A stretch of 64,000 nt of DNA from Octopus sinensis. Lineage: Eukaryota. Below are positions 56,825-64,000 of the stretch, in pieces. Under the pieces are notes generated by a model that did no database searches, was not told where the DNA came from, and saw only the letters and a list, made by a program, of their open reading frames with translations. How positions within the stretch are numbered: the stretch's first letter is position 1; each line of letters opens with the position of its first letter. Location: positions 42,222,001-42,286,000 of the forward strand of contig NC_043008.1 in the NCBI RefSeq assembly GCF_006345805.1, written 5' to 3'. The translations under genes were made by a program, and so were the position numbers.

Positions 56825-58203
56825 TATACCGCAGATGAGTAAACAAAGAATTGCACATACTGCAAGGAATATGTGGTGCTGTTTTGTGTTTATAATAAAA
56901 TAAATACATACAAATTATAAAAATAATTTTCAAAGATATACAGTATTGGTTTTACTTTGCGGATATTCACCGATCACAGGGGTTTTGGAACGGAACACCG
57001 GCGATCGTTGATGGAGTACTGTATAGAAAACATTTGCAGATTTGTATGCTTGACAAACATTTGTATATAGTGTGGAATACCTGGGCCAAAGCTTTTCACA
57101 GTGAAAAAGTAATCTGTTTTATTTATCTTTTGCCCACAATATAAATGACACACGATATGACAGAATTTACTATGTAGTGATACTACCTCTGTAGAGCGTT
57201 CGGTTTCGGGGACCGTAACCTCTCATCGCACATGTTTCAAAATACAGAACCCCTTTCTGATCTGCGGCATAAACTATTAGAGAAGTTGAGTTGAGATAAA
57301 AGCTCACCGAAGCGGGGAATATATTGCAAAACACACTTTTATATCCATGGAAAATAAAATATAATGACTAACAATATAAATGTATGCTTGTGTGTGTGTG
57401 TTTGATAGCTTCCATGTCATTTCCAGCTCTCTCTTCTTGAAACAAATGCAGAAGCTATTCTAACTTTTTACAAATGGTGCTCTTTTCTAAGTTGCAATAG
57501 GAGCCGTAGCAGTAGCCGTTCAAGAGTTTGGACCTGGAGATCTCCATTTCCAGCGACTTTCAGGGCCACCTCCCAGTAGTGTCGGACGTCAACGAAGAGC
57601 CCTCGACTATATATTTTTTTCCAAGGTTTGGGGTCTCCCGCACATAAGCCCTAGACCATCACCTAATCACCCTTACCCGTCTTGTTGCTTAACAACAACA
57701 ACAACAACAACACAGCAGCAGTAATTGTCGTATATGTTGTTGTTGTTGTCGTATTTGTAGTGACCGGCGTCCAGTTATGTTTCTCTATTGTGAACATCCT
57801 GTCGTCTCGTCATCGTTGCAACCTTGGCAAGAGACGAAGCAGTCAAAGATGATAAGGATAAGAGAAAGGGCGACGGGAAGGGATGATGAGGGTGGGGAAC
57901 GGAGATTAAGGCAGAAAGTACCGGCTGCAACAGCAGCAGTAGCAGCAGCAGCAGCTTTATCACCAATAACAGCAGCAGCACTAAGGCCACATGTGTCAGC
58001 AGCGACAGCAACATGTGTAGGAAAATACTTTCGTTGGATCTGTGAGGAAGAAGAGAATATAGTATATAAATAGACAGCGGTTTACTAGAATGATGGAACG
58101 GCAGAATGACGGAATATGGAATGAGGAAATAATAAAGTAGGGCTTGTACAGAATATCTTGTATGTATGAAGGCGTGTGTACTTCTACTGGCCTGTGGGTA
58201 TGT

Positions 58204-58424
58204 GTAGGAGTGGCTGTGTGGCACATAACTTGCTTACCAGCCACATGGTTTCAGGTTCGGTCCCACTGCGTGGGAGCTTGAGCCAGTGTCTTCTACAATA
58301 GCCTCGGGCCGACCAAAGCCTTGTGGGTGGATATGGTAGAAGGAAACTGGAAGAAGCCCGTCGTATACATACACAAATACATATGTACACACATATACAC
58401 TGAAACGTACATACATACACACAA

Positions 58425-58482
<58 letters not shown>

Positions 58483-58710
58483 CTGTGTGTTGTGTGTGTG
58501 TGTGTGTCTGTGTTTGTCCCTCCCCCAACATCACTTGACAACCGATGCTAGTGTAATTACGCGCCTGTAAATTAGTAGTTCGACAAGAGAGACCGATAGA
58601 ATAGGTAATAGACTTACAAAGAATTAGTCATCCGGTCGATTTGTTCGAGTAAACGCGGTGCTCCAGCATGGCCGGAGTTAAACGACTGAAACAAAAAATA
58701 AGGAAAAGAG
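58204..58710 (+). mobile_element. SINE family B, full length
   Basis: Colinear with 22731-23138; internal microsatellite of about 150 bp. Confidence 0.88.
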
Positions 58711-58741
58711 TATATCTATATGTATATATATATATATATGG

Positions 58742-58777
<36 letters not shown>

Positions 58778-58867
58778 AAGATAGATATATACTTTCATTA
58801 AAGCTGTAAAATTATATAAATACATGTGTGCATGTGTGTTTCTCTGAATAAATATACATGTGGGTTT

Positions 58868-58920
<53 letters not shown>

Positions 58921-59422
58921 TGTTTGTGCTCGAGTAGATATGTGTGTTGATAGATGTGTGTGTGGGTAGAAATTTTTGTGCAGATATGTGTGTTGGTATT
59001 TGTGTCTGTTTATGCATGTGTGCTTACGTCAGAGCGTGTGAATTCGTGTGAGTGCGTGTGTGTGTGTGTGTGTGTTCGTGAGTGGGAATATCACCAGCAG
59101 TGCGTGTGTGTGTGCGTGTGTGCAAGCTTTATTGTATGCGTGTGTGTTTGGTGCATGTTTTCAGCTGGTGCGTATGTGAATGCGCGCATGAAATTATCTG
59201 TGTGTATGTTTTCCTCCAAGTTGGAACATTGTTGTGTGTGCGTGTGTGTGCGTATTTGTTACAATTTGCGCGTGTGTATAGTATATATACATATTTCTTT
59301 ACACATACTCATGCAAATAAACACACACACACAAGCACATGTATACGTGCGTAGAGAGTGAGAGGTAGTGATGCAGTTAAACACAATTAGGGTAAATGTG
59401 TATGCATGCATGTGTGTGGTGC

Positions 59423-59505
<83 letters not shown>

Positions 59506-59791
59506 CATATATATACACGCACGTTTCCTGTGTCAGTGCGTGAATGCCTGAGTCCTATGTGCGTGCACGCATGTGTGTCTGTGTGTCTGTGTGTCTGTGT
59601 GTCTGTGTGTCTGTGTGTCTGTGTGTCTGTGTGTGTGCAGCGTTTGTTTGGCAGAAAATACTTCACAAATGATAACTTCACCAATTGAGGGTTGCGGTGT
59701 GATGGTAGTGGTGATACTAATGGTATTAGAAGTAGTGTTGGTAGTAGCAGTAGTAGTACTAGTAGTAGTAGTAGTAGTAGTAATAGTGGTA

Positions 59792-59824
<33 letters not shown>

Positions 59825-60681
59825 ATAGTGGTAGTGGTAGAAGTAGTAGCAGTAATAGTACTAGTAATAGTACTAACAGCAGCAGTAGTAGTAGTATTAA
59901 TAGTGGTAGTGGTAGTAGTAGTAGTAGTAGCAGCAGCAGCAGTAGTGGTAGTGGTGGTGGTGGTGGCGGCAGTGTTACTAATTATATTGATGGTTGCAGT
60001 ACAAGTAGTAGTGGATTCAGTGGTAGTACACTACTATAGTACTGGTGATGGTGAGTGTAGTGGTATTGGTACCCACAGTAGTAGCGTTGACGTTGTTAGT
60101 AGTGGTAAATTATGAGTGTGGTCGGTGGTGTTGATGTTGTAGTTAGTTTTAAGATGGCAGTGGTTCTATAAGCCATAGTAGAATCTGTGGTGGTTTTGGT
60201 GGTCGCAGGTCTAGAGTGCTTCGTAGTAACCGTGGTAGTGGTGGTGGTGGCTGTGGTGGTTGTGGTGGCGGTGTAGTAGCATGCATGAATGAATCATGCA
60301 GTGTGCAGTTGCATGTTTAGGTGGTAGATACTGCAACAGCAGCAGAAAATGGTGGCTGGCACTTTGTCTATGCAGTGTAGGTAACTTTACCTGCACATAC
60401 GCGCTTGCACACTGGCTCACACACACGCACACACATACACACTGGTGCACTCACATACATACGTGTCTATTTATCGGCCAAGCTAGCCATAAATATATGC
60501 AAGTATGCATTAAATGTATAGCTATATTTGTATATATTTATATTTATGTATATATGCATATATATATACATATGTATATATACATATATGAATATATACA
60601 TATGTATATATATATGCATATATACATATATGTATATCTATATATATATACTTATATATACATATATATATATATAAATAC

Positions 60682-60712
<31 letters not shown>

Positions 60713-61414
60713 CGTGTGTGTGTATACACACACAGACGCATACGCACACTCACGCACACATACACACACACATATATATATATATATATCTGTTATATAT
60801 ATAAGTGTGCATGCATACACACCTAGATATAGTCACAAACATGCTCACACATTCGCTCAGGTAAAGCAAAACTGACAACAGGGCAGAACGTTAATTGTAA
60901 TTATGTACCAAACTGCTCATTAACTATTGAATAATTATTACTAAATGCATATCATTTATGTATAGGTTGCAAGTAATGAGGTACACCAAGAGACAAAACA
61001 GATTAAAAAACAATAAAATGACTTGAAAGTTTTAAATAAATTGTTGAAATTCTTTATCAAAGCTCCGCCCTCAAGCCTCCTACAAGAAAGCAATAACAAC
61101 GGGAATGTATCTGCCCTCTCGTCTCTAATCCTTCTTTTATATTCCAGCCTGGTTCGCCAATATGTATTTCATACAGGTTAGTTAATGTCAATTAAAGGAG
61201 TAATTTTCTGTCCTTGTCTGATTATAATGCGGCTACCATTAGTTTCTTTAATTCTTCATTGTAAGTCTGTAGACTTAAGGATTATCAGAGTAGTGGCCAT
61301 ATCTGTTTCTGACTAAAAGATGCAAACCGGTTCATTTCGCGATTCTTTGGTACTTTAAATCTTAGTGCACCGACAACTAGTGGGTCACAAATAGTGTGTA
61401 ACTAATAGTTTCTT

Positions 61415-61812
61415 TTCTACTCTAAGCACTAAGCCCCAAATTTTTGGGGAGGGAGCCTGTCGATTGGATCGACCCCAGTACGAAACTGGTACTTAATTTA
61501 TCGACCCACCGAAAGGATGAACGGCAAAGTCGACCTCGGCGGAATTTGAACACAGAACGTAAAGACAGACGAAATACCTATTTCTTTACTACCCACCAGG
61601 GCTAAACACAGAGAGAGGACAAACAGGGACAGACAAACGGATTAAGTCGATTATATCGACTCCAGTGCGTAACTGGTACTTAATTTATCGACCCCGAAAC
61701 GATGAAAGGCAAATTCAACCTCGGCGGAATTTTAACTCAGAACGTAACAGCAGACGAAATACCACTAAGCATTTCGCCCGGCGTGCTAACGTCACTGCCA
61801 TCTTGCCGCCTT
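61415..61812 (-). mobile_element. SINE family A dimer (one head, two bodies, two different tails)
   Basis: A complete copy at 61578-61812 is joined directly to a headless body at 61415-61577. Confidence 0.85.
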
Positions 61813-63174
61813 GTGTCTCACTAACAGTGTCACACAAATGTGTCGACAAATAGTGCCTCACCTGTACCTGGGTTCGTCGCAACCCAACAACGAATTGCTC
61901 GATTTGATATCCTTTTCGTTGAACCTTCTCGACAGTCAAAACCCTTGTATGAGATTGACCTCGTTATATCGAGCTGCTGCCTTGTGATCATAGTACAGGA
62001 TAACACATGATGTTTGCATCTCTGCACGGCTCTGAATGATGCTGGTTTCAAATTTTGGCAGGAAGCCAAAAATTTTGTGCGAGTTGATATATCGATTACA
62101 TCAATGTTAATGCCCAACAGGTACTCATTTTATCGACCCCTAAAGGATGAGAGACAAAAATCAACCCGAGTTGAATTTGAACTCAGATCGTATAGATGTC
62201 CGTAATGATGCTAAGCATTTTGTCAGGAATGCTAAGGATTTTGCCATTTCACCGCCTTAACTGCATTAAATGAGGCTTGACACTGCCATACCCCTGTCCA
62301 ATTGGGGTCCCTTAGCCTCACCTGCTGCTCTGGTAGGCTTTCAGGGAGGATAACCCTTCATTTTCGTTTGACTGATGAGGGCAAATCGCTCAGCTACGAC
62401 GGCACATATTGTGAGATCTCTGGTGCCACCTTATCAGACCACACTTTCTTGATACCTTTTGCAACATGACACCTAGAACTGCTGCTGTTGAGCGAAGCGG
62501 TCTTCGCCCTAGAGGTCACAAGATCGCGCCTCTGTAGTGGGAGAAGTCCGAAACGTGGTCCTTTGCTATTCGTAAGACCCGCAGAAGAGAAAGCAGGTCA
62601 ACCGCCGACACCGAGAGCATCGACTGATGGCTGAATGCACATCCAGGCTGAGCGGTTGCATAGGAAGCCGGGGACAAGAAACAGGAAGAAAGAGTGAGAG
62701 AAAGTTGGGGCGAGAGAGTACAACAGGGGTCTCCACAACCCCCTGCCGGAGCCTCGGGAATTTTTAGGTGTTTTCACTCAATAAACACACACAACGCCCG
62801 GTCTGGGAATAGAACTGCTGCTCTTCTCCTCCAGATTGCATCTGAAGGTGTTCAAATGGCAGGAAGAGCTCAGCGAGGCAGGGAGCTTGACCCAGGAGAT
62901 ATCCTGGTGGTTCTTCTCATCGGTGGTTTTACCATTTTTTTCGCTTGACGTAAGAGAGACATGTTATTCAACAACGGTATTTTTGTATTTGTTTCTCTCA
63001 ATAATGTCCCAGTCAGAGTAAACAGGAAGAGAATTCTGAGAGGAAAGAATTCCTGAGAAATTCCCAAAATGTTCACGTACACTGGCAAGTGGTCAATATC
63101 GGATTATTAATTGCAGCCTGTCTATACAAGTTCAAGCACACACACACACACACAACACACACACACACACACAA

Positions 63175-63239
<65 letters not shown>

Positions 63240-63590
63240 CACACACACACGCATACACATTCACAGGAAAAGAGAGAAAGAGAGAAATATATACCCACAA
63301 ACTAAGAAACATATTTTGACACACACAAGCATAAAGATGTACACACACACAACATATATATATATATATATACATATAAATACATATATATACATACACA
63401 TGCATATATACATATATGTACACACACACATATATGAACATGTATATATCATATAAATGTATATGTGACTGAGTATGAATTCGCAAATCTCTCTTTTTCT
63501 CTCTTTCTGTATATATATATATGTATGTATGTATGTGTGTGTGTGTAGTGTGTGTGCGTTCGTGTGTATGTGCAAGTGTGTGTGTGTGGA

Positions 63591-63646
<56 letters not shown>

Positions 63647-64000
63647 AGCGTGTGCATCTACGTACGAATAAATACGTGGATAAATATAAGCAGAGACCAG
63701 TGGAGCTTTTTATTGGATTTATTCTCTATACACCTGACGACTATATTTAATTCGTCACCGTTCACATCCATGCTAGACACATTGTCAGCCGTATAAACCG
63801 CCTACCACCATTTTATTGCTAAATAAATTATGTTCTAAAATCGGAAATACATCGCTCTGTTGATTTTACACTTCTTAAACTTTACCATTTCTGAGTTCCT
63901 TTCTAAGAATCTCTCAGATTGACTTCTCTTGCACTTTGTCTAATTTCGTGTAATTCAATTACTACCTTACCAAAGTTTCCGATACTTTTTACGACATTCT

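Noticed and set aside
56941-57021. TA-CAGTA...TACTG-TA as a Tigger/pogo MITE
   Set aside because: Only about 5 bp of terminal inversion; suggestive but insufficient.
61715-62117. VEKVQRK as a CR1 reverse transcriptase fragment
   Set aside because: The flanking residues do not follow the expected motif in any frame I could read.
62373-62395. CTGATGA-GGGC aaatc GCTC as a hammerhead
   Set aside because: It is followed by AGCT rather than GAAA, and the remaining helices are absent.

Overview
This is AT-rich, microsatellite-saturated eukaryotic intergenic or intronic DNA. The SINE-like repeat families look like those of octopod cephalopods; that is my pattern recognition, not a database result. 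I find no intact protein-coding gene, real tRNA or rRNA gene, or CRISPR array. Nearly all ORFs in the supplied track are translations of (TA)n, (CA)n, (TAA)n, (AGAT)n or (CAT)n tracts. Supported content: three mariner remnants, one of them a complete TIR-bounded deletion derivative; a 5'-truncated R4/Dong-type LINE sitting in a (TAA)n array, plus an older relic of the same clade; a Neptune-type Penelope-like element (PLE) whose GIY-YIG 'YIG' half is triplicated in frame; about 20 copies of at least four tRNA-derived SINE families; four long foldback elements; and a 100-N scaffold gap. The most interesting signal is a recurring minimal type-I hammerhead ribozyme (HHR) architecture. It occurs in the PLE 3' end, in short dispersed repeats, at the tip of a 128-bp foldback, and in a short element combining a tRNA-like Pol III head with an almost intact HHR. 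The HHR folds were paired by eye, and every copy has at least one core defect. Boundaries of degraded repeats are approximate.
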